Shown: positions 51,898 to 63,066, counted from the stretch's first letter. The stretch: 64,000 bases of DNA from Nitrospirota bacterium (GCA_963737155.1 CAVTRN010000002.1:1088001-1152000), one strand, 5' to 3'. Notes: generated by a model from the sequence alone, not told the origin. Numbers and translations: made by a program.

Positions 51898-53305
51898 CCC
51901 CGAATATGCGAGGCAGTCTTTCTATGCCAAGCAGCAGCTGATAGAATCGGCCAAATCGACGTTTCAGCTCCTCTCGGCGGTTATTAAGAACGCGACGCTC
52001 TATCCCGAAGCCCATCCTTTTCTGCTAACTTCCGCGGACAAGTTTCGCGGTAAAATCGGCGAGTTGCTCGTCAGCCGCAAGGAAGTCGCCTTCTTTTTAG
52101 TGGGAGGAGAACTCTTCTTTGAGACCTTTTCCATCCCAATTGACCAGGGGCTGTCGATGCTGATGGAACAATTTTCTGGCAGGGATATCGGCGGGTTGGT
52201 TTTTAAGCCGGGGCTCACGTCCCCGGAGCTCATCCAGCTAGCCACACTTTTGAACAGGGAACCAGAGATTCTCTCCGGCAAGGCTGACGTCAATGACTTG
52301 ATTGCTAAGAAGGGAATCACGCATATCGAGCTTCACCGGGTTCATCTTGTGGACAAGGATACGGGAAGCGCGATCAAGGAAGAAAAGAAAAAAGCATCTG
52401 AAATGTACAGGGAGGGCCTGGTTGCCGTCAAGGAAATGGTTCAGGCGGTACAACAGGAAAAGGCGTCCAGCCTACGCAAGGTGAACACGATGGTCCAGAA
52501 CATGGTTGATTATGTTTTGGATAACCGGGACGCTCTCATGGGTCTGTGCTGCATAAAAATGTATGACGAGTACACCTTCGTTCATTCGGTGAATACCTCG
52601 ATTCTTGCAGTTTCCCTCGGGTCTTTTCTTGCTTTTGAAAAGCAGCAGATAGCCGCGCTTGGCATCGCCGCTCTTATGCATGATATCGGGAAGGTGGACA
52701 TTCCCCATGAAATTATCAACAAGCCAGGCAAACTTACCTTAGATGAGTGGGAGCAGCTTAAACGTCATCCTGTTGAGGGAGCTCTGCTGCTCGCCGACAT
52801 CCCGGGAGTATCCAAGCTGGCAATGGTGACTGCTTTCGAGCACCACCTGCATGGAGGCCAGGGCTACCCGAAGGTAGAAGACAAATTTCAACTGCATCCC
52901 TTTTCGCAGATCGTAGCCCTTGCCGACGCTTATGAAGCGTTGACGGCCGCACGCGTTTACTATAGCGTTCAGATGCCGGCCGACCATGCTATCAGGATTC
53001 TCCTAGCGAAGCGCGGAACCACCTTCAATCCCGTGCTGGTCAAGGCCTTTGTCAATATGACAGGTATCTTCCCAATCGGCACTATCCTCAAATTGGATAC
53101 TGGGGAGTTCGGGTTAGTTCGGCATCAGACGCGCGATCTCATGAGGCCACGCGTGCTGCTGCTTACCAAATTCGACGGATCGGAAAAAGAAACGGGAACG
53201 GAGACCAGCCTTTTGGAAACAGCGGGCGGAAAATTCAAGCGTTCGATAGTCGGCACCATCAATCCCTACGAGATGAAACTCAGCCTAAAGAAATATCTGG
53301 AATAG
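51875..53305 (+). CDS. HD-GYP domain protein (c-di-GMP phosphodiesterase family)
   Basis: DEYTFVHSVN, MHDIGK, NKPGKLT, HP..G, EHHLHGGQGYP, ADAYEALT..RVY. Confidence 0.92.
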   Translation: MADRQKDSPEYARQSFYAKQQLIESAKSTFQLLSAVIKNATLYPEAHPFLLTSADKFRGKIGELLVSRKEVAFFLVGGELFFETFSIPIDQGLSMLMEQFSGRDIGGLVFKPGLTSPELIQLATLLNREPEILSGKADVNDLIAKKGITHIELHRVHLVDKDTGSAIKEEKKKASEMYREGLVAVKEMVQAVQQEKASSLRKVNTMVQNMVDYVLDNRDALMGLCCIKMYDEYTFVHSVNTSILAVSLGSFLAFEKQQIAALGIAALMHDIGKVDIPHEIINKPGKLTLDEWEQLKRHPVEGALLLADIPGVSKLAMVTAFEHHLHGGQGYPKVEDKFQLHPFSQIVALADAYEALTAARVYYSVQMPADHAIRILLAKRGTTFNPVLVKAFVNMTGIFPIGTILKLDTGEFGLVRHQTRDLMRPRVLLLTKFDGSEKETGTETSLLETAGGKFKRSIVGTINPYEMKLSLKKYLE

Positions 53306-53376
53306 CCCTGCCTGGACCTTGGAGGTCCTCACTGTCTGACTGGAGGCCAGCAGCGGTGTCCTACAAAGGAACAATC

Positions 53377-53584
53377 ATGAAAATTCTTCTTGTGCTTCCC
53401 AAGCGTCAAGGGGCTTTCTGGAGTTTTAAATATTCGTTGAGGTTTATCTACAATAAGAGAGTCTTCCTCCGTTCGGATTCTGACTATTGCCGCCGTGCCG
53501 CCGGCCGAATGGGATATCCGGCTCAAGGATATAAATGTCAAAACGCTCACCGACGCCGGTTTGCACTGGGCCGATAATGCCTGA
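53377..53584 (+). pseudogene. 5' fragment of a B12-binding radical SAM gene (HpnP/DUF4070-like), frameshifted and truncated
   Basis: MKILLVLP....FWSFKYSLRFI, then after frameshifts LPPFG / LTIAAVPPAEWDIRLKDINVKTLTDAGLHWAD*. Confidence 0.8.
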
Positions 53585-53824
53585 AAGCTCCCCAAGGTGC
53601 CACGTAGTACCAGCGGGTTAAAAAGGAGGGAAGGCTCACGAAAGTCGGCGCCTGGCAGTAATGAGGATTATTAAATCTGAAGTGATGAGAAAATGCAAGA
53701 AACTTCTCCCGATCGTGTGTATTCTGAAAACAGAGCATACTCATAGCATCTGCATTCCTATTCGGAAATCAGCGGCGAACGGCTGTTCCCCGGTTGAGGT
53801 ATTCGGAGAGGTCGCCGCACCCCT

Positions 53825-56353
53825 ATGATTTCCTATCCCATAGACAAAATCCTTCCCGAGCTGAAAGAAGCGGTTCGGAACAACTCCTCGGTCATTCTGC
53901 ATGCACCTCCTGGAGCAGGGAAGACTACCCGAGTGCCCCTCGCTCTGCTCGATGTGCTGCCGCGCAGTCAAGGCCGCATCGTCATGCTCGAACCGCGCAG
54001 GATCGCCGCGGTGACTGCGGCGCGATGGATGGCTGCAGTGCTGGATGAGCAGGCAGGGCAAACGATCGGTTACACAATCCGTTTTGACGCAAAAAAATCC
54101 GAGAAGACTCGTATCGAGATCGTTACTGAAGGCATCTTAACGCGCCGAATCCAGTCCGACCCTGGGCTTGACAATACGGCAATGATCATCTTCGATGAAT
54201 TCCACGAGCGCAGTATTCATGCGGACCTGGCTCTGGCGCTCTGTCTTGACATCCGCAGGGAATTGCGGACTGACCTGAAGATCCTCGTCATGTCGGCCAC
54301 GCTGGATTATGGACCCCTCGCTGCGTTGCTTGGTGCCGCGCCCGTCATCACCTCCTCCGGGAAGGCATTTCCCGTAGCCGACCGGTATTTCGCGGACAAG
54401 GCCGGAACCCTGCCGGCACGGATCACGCGGGCAGTAAGGACCGCAATGAAAGAGACTGAGGGAGACATTCTCGTGTTTCTTCCTGGATCGGGCGATATAC
54501 GGGCATGCCTGAAGGAGCTGCACGAGACTCCCGATATTCTTGAGGACCGTGTTTCAATCCACGGGCTTTATGGAGACCTTCCATTCGAGGAGCAGGAGCG
54601 CGCAATCATGCCCTCCATGGATCACCGAAAAATCGTCCTTGCCACGAATATTGCCGAAACGGGCCTGACCATACAAGGCGTGCGGGCCGTGGTCGACAGC
54701 GGACTCACGCGGACCCTTCGGTATGATCCTTCCACAGGAATGAACCGCCTCGTCACAGTGACTCTTTCGCAGGCATCGGCTGAACAAAGAAAAGGAAGGG
54801 CGGGAAGGCTTGGACCGGGGGTGTGCTATCGTCTATACGGTCATCAGGAGCTGCACAGTATGTTGGCTTTTGCCCAGCCGGAGATACTGGTGTCCGACCT
54901 CGCTCCCCTTGTGCTTGAACTTGCGGCCTGGGGTGTGAAAGACCCGCGGATGCTTTCCTGGATTGATATGCCGCCTTCGGCTTCCTGGGATGCTGGTCTG
55001 CAACTCCTGAAAGACCTGAGCGCAGTAGATTCTTCGGGTTCGATCACACGCTCCGGCCGTGCAATGGCGCGGCTTCCTCTTCATCCCAGGCTTTCCCGTC
55101 TCATGACAAGGGCGCAGGAACTGGGTTGCATTCGTCTGGGAGCGGATCTGGCCGCCATTCTTACCGAGCGGGACCTGTTTCGGCAGGGGACTTCGGACGG
55201 CAAGTATAACGACCCGGACGTTTCCGAAAGGGTCGAAGCGTTATGGAGGTGGAGATTGGGAGAGAAACCGCGGGAAAGTGTTGATCCTGCGGCACTTCGA
55301 TCTGTGGAAAGGACTTCAAAACAGCTCCTGCGTATGATGGAAGAACGGCCAGATGCGGCTGTTCAAGGCGGGGTGGATCACGAAATGCTTTCGCGGCTTC
55401 TGCTCTGCGCCTTTCCGGATCGGATTTGCAAGCGGCGCGAGGAAGGGGGAGGTCGTTTTATCCATAATCGCGGACGGGGTGTCCGCCTCTCTTTGAACAG
55501 CCACCTGGGTAGCAGCCCCTTTGTAATCGCTGTGACTGTAGATGCTGGTGAAAAAACAGAAGGCTTCATCCATATTGCCGCACCTGTTTCAGAAGCGCTT
55601 ATCAGGACCGAATGCGCGGCGCGCATTGAAACCGTCAGAAGAGTAGAATGGGACAGAAAGGAGAATAGGATTATAGCTGCGCGAGAGGAGCGGTTGGATA
55701 CCCTGGTCCTGTCGAAAAAACTAGTTATGCCAAGCGACAAGGAAACCGCTCCCATTGTTTGTGATGCGATTCGTGCGAATAGAGAGTTGCTGCATTTCAA
55801 CGGGGAAGCCAAGCAATTTCTGGGTCGTGTAAGATTGATAAGCAGTGCTTATCCTGAAGAGGACTGGCCGGACCTGACCGAGAACAAGCTCTTTTTAGGG
55901 CTTGGGGAATGGCTGCTGCCCTGGCTTGGAAAAGTGCGCAGCGCCCATGATCTAGCAGGCTTGGATATATCCCCTGCGCTCATGGCCCGACTTTCGTGGG
56001 AACAGGCGCGACTCCTAAACGAGCGTGCACCCTTGGCTATCGGTGTCCCGAGCGGGAACCGGGTAACGCTGGACTACTCGTCAGGGGAACAGCCTGTTCT
56101 TGCTGTAAAGATTCAGGAAATGTTTGGACTTGCCGATACCCCATCCGTGGCTGGCGGGAGGGTAAAAGTTCTCCTGCATTTATTGTCCCCCGCACGTAGG
56201 CCTGTACAGATCACGCAGGATCTGAAAGGTTTTTGGAACATCGCCTATCAGGAGGTAAAAAAACACCTGAAAGGACGCTACCCGAAACATCCCTGGCCCG
56301 ACGATCCGTGGAATGCGGTTCCCACGCGAAAAACAAAACCGCGGGGGACATAA
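53825..56353 (+). CDS. hrpB: ATP-dependent helicase HrpB
   Basis: APPGAGKTT, DEFHERS, MSATLD, QRKGRAGR, LLSPARRPVQITQDL, GRYPKHPWP. Confidence 0.97.
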   Translation: MISYPIDKILPELKEAVRNNSSVILHAPPGAGKTTRVPLALLDVLPRSQGRIVMLEPRRIAAVTAARWMAAVLDEQAGQTIGYTIRFDAKKSEKTRIEIVTEGILTRRIQSDPGLDNTAMIIFDEFHERSIHADLALALCLDIRRELRTDLKILVMSATLDYGPLAALLGAAPVITSSGKAFPVADRYFADKAGTLPARITRAVRTAMKETEGDILVFLPGSGDIRACLKELHETPDILEDRVSIHGLYGDLPFEEQERAIMPSMDHRKIVLATNIAETGLTIQGVRAVVDSGLTRTLRYDPSTGMNRLVTVTLSQASAEQRKGRAGRLGPGVCYRLYGHQELHSMLAFAQPEILVSDLAPLVLELAAWGVKDPRMLSWIDMPPSASWDAGLQLLKDLSAVDSSGSITRSGRAMARLPLHPRLSRLMTRAQELGCIRLGADLAAILTERDLFRQGTSDGKYNDPDVSERVEALWRWRLGEKPRESVDPAALRSVERTSKQLLRMMEERPDAAVQGGVDHEMLSRLLLCAFPDRICKRREEGGGRFIHNRGRGVRLSLNSHLGSSPFVIAVTVDAGEKTEGFIHIAAPVSEALIRTECAARIETVRRVEWDRKENRIIAAREERLDTLVLSKKLVMPSDKETAPIVCDAIRANRELLHFNGEAKQFLGRVRLISSAYPEEDWPDLTENKLFLGLGEWLLPWLGKVRSAHDLAGLDISPALMARLSWEQARLLNERAPLAIGVPSGNRVTLDYSSGEQPVLAVKIQEMFGLADTPSVAGGRVKVLLHLLSPARRPVQITQDLKGFWNIAYQEVKKHLKGRYPKHPWPDDPWNAVPTRKTKPRGT

Positions 56354-56648
56354 AGCCTCATTCAAATGATAGATGAAGAGCAAAAGGGAGCACTGACGTA
56401 CGGATTACGCTTGTGTTAACGTGAACATGAGCAGACCATCGTCTTTTGGGTAACCGCAGACTTTCTTATTGCAGACAACGAGAAAGAATGGCGCCTGGCA
56501 TAATATGCAGATCACGTTAGCTGTTAGAAACTGTTTGTTTAGTGAGCGTCTGCAAGTCGCTTATTCAAAGCATCGCAAGACTGAACAGGTGCAGACTGAG
56601 TGCGACATCTTCCGAAAAGCCGCCAACAAAATTCCTTCACTGATCATT

Positions 56649-57002
56649 TTACTTTGTAAATTTGGCGACCTCGACGGGTGCATTCTCGGCCGGTTCATTC
56701 TCATCGTTCTCCGCATTTTGTATCAGCTCGTCATATTTATCAGCAAGCTGCCATGCTCTTCGATAGAGATGCCGCGGCTGTCTCAGGACTATGCGAAACT
56801 GACCGTCATTGAATGAGACGGGCATAAATTCTCCAGCTTCCCGCGCCAAGATGTCTGCCTGTATAATTGCCCATTCACATCCAGTAGCAAATCCGCTGCT
56901 CTGTCCAACCGGGAATCCGGCTGCATAGCCTATTATCAATAATGCAACTGCCAATGCTATTACGGAAATTATTTTCATAAATGTTATCATTAATGTTTTC
57001 AT
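56649..57002 (-). CDS. Hypothetical membrane-anchored/exported protein
   Basis: SD GAGGGAGGG, N-terminal hydrophobic helix, sigma54 motif upstream. Confidence 0.75.
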   Translation of the reverse strand: MKTLMITFMKIISVIALAVALLIIGYAAGFPVGQSSGFATGCEWAIIQADILAREAGEFMPVSFNDGQFRIVLRQPRHLYRRAWQLADKYDELIQNAENDENEPAENAPVEVAKFTK

Positions 57003-57086
57003 AGTCCCTCCCTCTTAACAGTGATGTTTATAATACTAAAGTTAGGAATAAGGACATACCTATCTTGCAATATATATTGCATAAAA

Positions 57087-57102
57087 AGCAAGAGCAGTGC
57101 CA
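57087..57102 (-). promoter_or_regulatory. sigma54 -24/-12 promoter
   Basis: Minus strand TGGCAC-TGCTC-TTGCT ~85 bp before the 57002 start. Confidence 0.75.
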
Positions 57103-57189
57103 AAAAAATAACTTATTGTAAAATTGACGTTTTACATAAGGAGTGTTAAGAAAAATGATGGAATTATTCGTAATGAGTAGCCTATTTTG

Positions 57190-57393
57190 AACTGCTGATG
57201 CGTTTTGATGGCACTGCTTGAATCAAAGCCTAAGCTATTTCGATGCTGCCTCGAAGTCCTTCAAGTTGATCGCCTCTTCATGGAATGCAAGGACGACCTC
57301 CTGGTATCCCTCTGTGGTAAGCTCCTGCCGGTACCGGAAGGAGTATGAAAGCAAGTGACAAGCAACGATACTAATCCGGACTCCTGTTTTCAT
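57190..57393 (-). pseudogene. Decayed SnoaL/NTF2-like (ester cyclase) gene fragment
   Basis: SD + ATG, then ...VVLAFHEEAINLKDFEAASK*LRL*FKQ, resembling a SnoaL N-terminus with in-frame stops. Confidence 0.55.
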
Positions 57394-57518
57394 GATTTTC
57401 CCCTTCTTTCAGTATCCTTTTATTATTTGATTAAACACTCGTCGGCTAGGGACATACGGAAAGTTAATTGCAAAATTCCGGGGATTCGAGTATTGTTTCA
57501 ACAAATATTTCGACTGAT

Positions 57519-58817
57519 ATGAAACCTCGCATACTCCTGATAAATCCCTGGATCCATGATTTCGCCGTCTTCAACCTCTGGGCGCGTCCGCTTGGTCTAC
57601 TCAAGGCTGCTGAGCTTTTGAGCGCCTATGATGCAGATCTGCTCTTTATCGATTGCGCGGATTCCTTCCAGCCCAATAATTACGGAGCCGGTAAGTACCA
57701 ATCAGAGATCATCCAAAAGCCTGAAATGCTGAAAAGCGTACCGCGTTATTACAAGCGTTACGGCATGAGTGTTGAGGTGTTCATATCCAGGCTCAAATCA
57801 ATGATGCCTTTTGATATCGTGCTTATGACTTCAATCATGAGCTACTGGTATCCCGGTGTGCAGAATACAATCAGTCTTGTCAAGGAGGTGGCGGGAGACA
57901 TTCCGGTTATTCTCGGAGGTATTTATCCTACGCTCTACGCTGACCATGCATCCCAGCATTCGGGAGCAGACTCCATCTACGCCGGTTCTCTAAATGACCG
58001 TCTTCTGCCTATAATAAGGAGTTTCGGGATAGCGCTCAGTCCCGTGCGTGAACAGGTGCTGCACCATAATATGGGCCTTTACGCGCGGCATCCTTTCGCG
58101 CCGCTACTCACCTCAACAGGTTGTCCTTTTCATTGTTCCTACTGCGCATCGAGACTGTTGTCCCCGCGATACGAGCGAAGGCCGCTCGACGATATTGAAG
58201 GGGAAATTCAGGAACTCCGAACGCGGGGTGTCCGTGACTTTGTTTTCTACGATGACGCGCTTCTTTACGATGCGGATGATCACATTAAACCGTTGCTGGA
58301 GTCGACGGTACGCAAGGGATTCGATCTGCGGTTCCATGCGCCGAACGGACTGCATGCACGCTTTATTGATGATGAAATGGCCCGATTGATGAAACGGGCA
58401 GGTTTCATGACGGTAAGGTTGAGTCTTGAAACTATTGAGAGCGACAGACAGCAAGCCACCGGCGGCAAAGTAACGACCGATGGTTTCGAACGGTCGGTCG
58501 GGTCCCTGCAAGGGGAAGGTTTTACCAAGGGGAATATTGGCGCTTATCTCCTTTACGGTTTGCCCGGCCAGGCGCTCACTGAAGTGGAAGAGGGGATTGC
58601 ATTCTTAAAAAAGCTGAACGTCCGCATTTACCTTGCCGAATTCTCCCCGATCAGGGGCACAGGATGCTGGGACGATCTCGTGAAAAAGGGCATTATTTCG
58701 AGCGACCTCGATCCTCTTCTAACGAATAATACTGTTTTTCCCTATCTCTATTCAGGATATGATCCGGCTGAAGTGAACAGGATCAAAATCGACGTCAAGG
58801 AATATAATCGCACATAG
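57519..58817 (+). CDS. B12-binding-type radical SAM protein
   Basis: ILLINPWIHDFA, MSYWYPG, LGGIYPTL, TSTGCPFHCSYC, FYDDALL, PNGLH. Confidence 0.9.
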   Translation: MKPRILLINPWIHDFAVFNLWARPLGLLKAAELLSAYDADLLFIDCADSFQPNNYGAGKYQSEIIQKPEMLKSVPRYYKRYGMSVEVFISRLKSMMPFDIVLMTSIMSYWYPGVQNTISLVKEVAGDIPVILGGIYPTLYADHASQHSGADSIYAGSLNDRLLPIIRSFGIALSPVREQVLHHNMGLYARHPFAPLLTSTGCPFHCSYCASRLLSPRYERRPLDDIEGEIQELRTRGVRDFVFYDDALLYDADDHIKPLLESTVRKGFDLRFHAPNGLHARFIDDEMARLMKRAGFMTVRLSLETIESDRQQATGGKVTTDGFERSVGSLQGEGFTKGNIGAYLLYGLPGQALTEVEEGIAFLKKLNVRIYLAEFSPIRGTGCWDDLVKKGIISSDLDPLLTNNTVFPYLYSGYDPAEVNRIKIDVKEYNRT

Positions 58818-59028
58818 ACCGAGAGTCTCCGGCGGAAGGAATCCGTGTAATCCGATGACTGACATATCGGGATATTTCTGTCTCTTTCTGCTATACGCAG
58901 GCCGAAAAAAAATTATTTAACCCCGTTCCGGTTTTATGCTAGAATCAACAAAATAAAAACGAAAAGTATACAACCTGTCAATAGTTGCTTACTTACGAAT
59001 AAAATATTTAATTTCATGGGGGATTACC

Positions 59029-59487
59029 ATGATAATAACGGATATCGATCACATCAACCGCCAGATTGCTATGGCACCTATTCTGAAAAAAGCACTGTCT
59101 TTTTTGGGACGACCCGATATTCAGAATCTTGACGATGGTAAAATAGAGATCGATGGAGCTCGCGCGTTTGCAATTGTACAGCGGTACGAGACGATAAAAA
59201 CGGGGGCACCGAAATTCGAGTACCATCGCAAATATCTTGATATCCAAATCATTCTGTCCGGCGACGAGATCATCGGATGGGCGCCCGTGGAACGGATGAA
59301 AATAACTGAGCCCTATGACTCGGGCAGGGACATCTGCTTTGGCACCGTTGAACTAGGGAAGTGGTCCCCAGTGCGTCTGCAGGCAGGTCAGCTGGCAGTG
59401 CTCTGGCCTGAAGACGGTCATGCTCCAAGGATTTCGGCAGGAGACCCCGCCTTGGTGATGAAGATCGTTTTGAAAGTGGCAGTGTGA
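59029..59487 (+). CDS. YhcH/YjgK/YiaL family protein
   Basis: FEYHRKYLDIQIILSGDE, WPEDGHAP, KIVLKV. Confidence 0.93.
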   Translation: MIITDIDHINRQIAMAPILKKALSFLGRPDIQNLDDGKIEIDGARAFAIVQRYETIKTGAPKFEYHRKYLDIQIILSGDEIIGWAPVERMKITEPYDSGRDICFGTVELGKWSPVRLQAGQLAVLWPEDGHAPRISAGDPALVMKIVLKVAV

Positions 59488-59575
59488 AAATGTCAAAAGG
59501 AGAGTTAATTCGGGAAGCGGTATCGAATGATGATCAATATATGCATGCTATTTATTGATTCAGAATGTGAGAACA

Positions 59576-59869
59576 ATGAGGAGAAAAAACGGTCAAGAGA
59601 TTAAGAAGGAATTTGAAGTGCGCAAGGTCAGACAGATTATCGCAATTGCACTAACGTTATTTTTTATTTTGCTCTGCGCCATACTCAACGAGCGGCCGAT
59701 TCTTTATGCAAATTTTTCCAAGGGAGTGCTTGTCGGAGCACAGATCGTTGCTATTGCAGCATTTGTGGGCTTTTCGGCTCTTAATTGGAGATGTCCATCC
59801 TGCGGAAAATACATAGGCGGAGACATCGGCAGGAAAACGTGTAAAAAGTGCAAGGCAAGGTTGCGATGA
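59576..59869 (+). CDS. Small 2-TM protein with C-terminal Zn ribbon
   Basis: Two hydrophobic helices, NWRCPSCGKY..CKKC. Confidence 0.75.
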   Translation: MRRKNGQEIKKEFEVRKVRQIIAIALTLFFILLCAILNERPILYANFSKGVLVGAQIVAIAAFVGFSALNWRCPSCGKYIGGDIGRKTCKKCKARLR

Positions 59870-60131
59870 GAGAAACTAAGGTGTAAAACAGAAAGTACTG
59901 GAATCAGCAAACGCGGCGCTTGCCGACTACCCGCCCCCGTTCCCGATTTGCCCTTCTCTCTAGATTAAAAGCTGGGACAATTGAGGGTCAACGTTTCCCG
60001 CAAATCCCCATCCGTCTCTGCTTACTTCCGCCCTGCTCAGCATATTATCAGCGAGTAGGGAATAGAGACGGTATGTGCGTTCTTGCCGGTACGACCCGAA
60101 TAAAAACCAAGGATACTGGTCCCTGCTGAGG

Positions 60132-61343
60132 TTATACCTTCTCCAGCGCTTGCTTCAAGTCAGCGATTAAATCATCCGGGTCTTCAAGGCCCAGAGCGAG
60201 TCTTACCAGGTTGTCTGCCATGCCGATCTTTTTCCGGTAGTCCTCGGGATAGTCGAAGAATGACATCATCCACATCTGGGTCACGAGGCTCTCGCTTCCT
60301 CCGAGGCTGGGTGTGATGAGAAAAAGTTCCAAGGAGTCGATGAACTTGCGGGTCCCGGCGTCGTCGCCTTTCAGCAGGAACGTGACCACGCTGCCGAAAC
60401 CCTTCATCTGTTCCTTTGCGATGTTGCGGTCCGGGTGAGAATCGAGGCCAGGATACCATACTTTTTCTATCTTCGGATGAGCCTCGAGCATGCGCGCGAT
60501 GGCTAGGCCTGCCTCGTTGTGGTGTTTCATCCGGAGGCCGAAGGTCTTGAGACCGCGCTCGAGCAGGAAACAGGTAAGGGGGCCAGGTGTGGCGCCGATC
60601 ATGCGCTGCATGCGGTAAACGTCGTTCATGAGCTTGTCCGAACCGAGCGCAACGCCGGCAAGGAGGTCATTGTGTCCGCCCAGATATTTGGTAGCCGAGT
60701 GGACGATCACGTCAACGCCCATTTCCAGGGGCTTGATGTTATAGGGTGTTGCCAGCGTGGCGTCGATGATGGTCATAACCTGGTGCTGCTTTGCGACCCT
60801 CACCACCGATACAAGATCCAGGCACCGGAGATAAGGGTTTGTCGGCGATTCCGTGAAGATGATGTTGGTGTTCGGCCGGATTGCTTGCTCAATGGCTTCG
60901 GCAGTGGGGTCCACCATCGAAACCTGGATGCCGAACTCAGCAAGGAGATTCGCGGCGAAGTCGCGAGTCTGACGGTAGCAGTCGCTTGTGAATATGATAT
61001 GGCCGTCACGGCGCATGAAGGTCATGAGCGTCAGGATCACGGCGGACATGCCCGAGGAGAACAGCACCGCGCGCTCGGCGCTCTCGACAGCCGCAAGCTT
61101 GCGCTCGCATTCCTGCTGGGTTGGATTGCCGTAGCGGCCGTACTCGTGCTCGCGGATCGTTTTGCCTTCGCTCTTGGCTTTCATGAAGTCGTAGACTTCC
61201 TGTGTGTTGTTGAAGTAATAATTCGACGTGTGCACGATCGGCGTGGAAACCGAGAAATGCGCGTGGTGCACGCGATCCAGACCATGGATGGCGAGCGTAG
61301 CGGGATTCCAATTCTTGGGATGGGACGATTGATTATCAGACAT
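60132..61343 (-). CDS. metB: Cystathionine gamma-synthase (plant-like PLP transsulfuration enzyme)
   Basis: [49 protein letters not shown]. Confidence 0.85.
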   Translation of the reverse strand: MSDNQSSHPKNWNPATLAIHGLDRVHHAHFSVSTPIVHTSNYYFNNTQEVYDFMKAKSEGKTIREHEYGRYGNPTQQECERKLAAVESAERAVLFSSGMSAVILTLMTFMRRDGHIIFTSDCYRQTRDFAANLLAEFGIQVSMVDPTAEAIEQAIRPNTNIIFTESPTNPYLRCLDLVSVVRVAKQHQVMTIIDATLATPYNIKPLEMGVDVIVHSATKYLGGHNDLLAGVALGSDKLMNDVYRMQRMIGATPGPLTCFLLERGLKTFGLRMKHHNEAGLAIARMLEAHPKIEKVWYPGLDSHPDRNIAKEQMKGFGSVVTFLLKGDDAGTRKFIDSLELFLITPSLGGSESLVTQMWMMSFFDYPEDYRKKIGMADNLVRLALGLEDPDDLIADLKQALEKV

Positions 61344-62682
61344 TCATTGTTCTCCTATTCTTTAATGCCTGTTCCAGGGCTTTTTTGACAGCATCCACCG
61401 TGGGCGGTAACTCTATCGGTTTGTTGGCATAGGTACAGGGGAATTCGAGCTTTTTCTCGTGGTACTGGACTTTGAAATCAGTGAACTTGAGGCCGTGGGC
61501 TGTTGAAATGACCACGACCTTCTCTCTCTTGTCGATCTTACCCGTCTTCAGGAGTTTGAGCAGCGCGGCGAGAGCCACTCCCGTATGGGGACAGTTGAAC
61601 ATCCCTGTCGTGTCGCCCAGGGCAGCGGCATCGGCCAGTTCCTGCTCAGTGGCATCCATGACGATTCCGTCGAACTGCTTCAACGTCCTGATCGCCTTCT
61701 CGATACTTACGGGATTGCCGATCTGGATCGCGCTGGCCAACGTTTTCTGCGCCTGCATGGGTTCGAAGCTCGCGAAATTCTTGAGATATGAACGGTAGAG
61801 AGGATTGGCCCGCTCAGCCTGGGCCACGACGATCCTGGGTAACCTGTCGATGAGCCCAAGGTCGCGCATCATGAGCAATCCCGAACCGAGGGCCGAAACA
61901 TTCCCGAGATTGCCTCCGGGGATGATAATTACGTCAGGTACTTCCCAGTCAAACTGCTGCACGATCTCGATGCCTACTGTTTTCTGGCCTTCGATCCGGA
62001 GCGAGTTCATCGAATTTGCCAGATAAATGGTGTTGTCCTTTGTGATCTCTTGCACAACGCGCATGCAGCCGTCGAAGTCCGTATCGAGCGAAAGAACCAA
62101 GGCGCCGTTGGCGATTGGCTGGACGAGCTGGGCTATTGATATTTTGCCCTTGGGAAGGAGCACGATGGACTGGATGCCGGCGGCCGCGCAATAGGTGGCT
62201 AATGCGGCAGAGGTGTCGCCCGTGGACGCGCAGGCAACGGCCTGGATCGGGACTCCCTCGCTGATCATCTGCTTCACCTGGGACACGAGCACCGTCATGC
62301 CCAAGTCCTTGAAGGAACCACTATGGGAATTGCCGCAGAGTTTGATCCAGACGTTGTCAAGGCCTATGATTTTGCCGAACCGCTCGGCCCAGAAAAGGTT
62401 CGTCGCGCCTTCATACACTGAAACGACATTGTCGTCATGGATGTTCGGCAGGATCCACTCTTTCTTGCCCCACACACCGGAGCCGTAAGGCCACTGGGTG
62501 GACTTATAGCGGTCTTCGAACAGTTTCATCCATGCCTTGGAGCTTCGGTGCGCAAGAGCCTGCATGTCGTGCTGCACGCCCAAGAGCGATCCACAGGCTT
62601 CACAGCGATAGATGATTTTGTTCAGGGGGTATTGCGATTTGCATTGTTCATTGATGCATTGAAACCATGCTCGATATGACAT
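61336..62682 (-). CDS. thrC: Threonine synthase (plant-like clade)
   Basis: [52 protein letters not shown]. Confidence 0.95.
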   Translation of the reverse strand: MSYRAWFQCINEQCKSQYPLNKIIYRCEACGSLLGVQHDMQALAHRSSKAWMKLFEDRYKSTQWPYGSGVWGKKEWILPNIHDDNVVSVYEGATNLFWAERFGKIIGLDNVWIKLCGNSHSGSFKDLGMTVLVSQVKQMISEGVPIQAVACASTGDTSAALATYCAAAGIQSIVLLPKGKISIAQLVQPIANGALVLSLDTDFDGCMRVVQEITKDNTIYLANSMNSLRIEGQKTVGIEIVQQFDWEVPDVIIIPGGNLGNVSALGSGLLMMRDLGLIDRLPRIVVAQAERANPLYRSYLKNFASFEPMQAQKTLASAIQIGNPVSIEKAIRTLKQFDGIVMDATEQELADAAALGDTTGMFNCPHTGVALAALLKLLKTGKIDKREKVVVISTAHGLKFTDFKVQYHEKKLEFPCTYANKPIELPPTVDAVKKALEQALKNRRTMNV

Positions 62683-63066
62683 ACGATTCACCCTCGGTTG
62701 TGCAATTTCACGGAAATGACCGTCTGAGCTTGGGAACAAAGATGATTTCACACCGTGCGTTCTTCGTATTCCCGGCGCTCTCCGGGCATCAGGAAATATA
62801 GCATAATGACCTGTGAAGAATCAATGCAAATTAACAGATGTGGGCGAGAATAGTTCATGGTTCAGAGTTCAAAGGGACGGTGGATAGAGCCTGCTGAATG
62901 CAGCGGTTTCTCGGGAAGACTGAAAACGGCATGAACGAAGGAAATTTGATTTCCCTATGTCAGTCATGACCGTTACACAAACCGATCTAGCCAAGATCAT
63001 TTGGTTGATTTGCCGACCTGTAAATATCCCTTTTTCTTGTGCGCTTTTTTATGTTAAAATAAATAC

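Noticed and set aside
58838-58930. REP-like short motifs (ATCCGTGTAATCCG; ATTATTTAACCCCGTTCC)
   Set aside because: Single degenerate copies, insufficient to call an element
63038-63060. dif-like site (GTGCGC...TTATGTTAAA)
   Set aside because: Arm spacing is 6 bp too short; better explained as the extended -10 of the TPR gene
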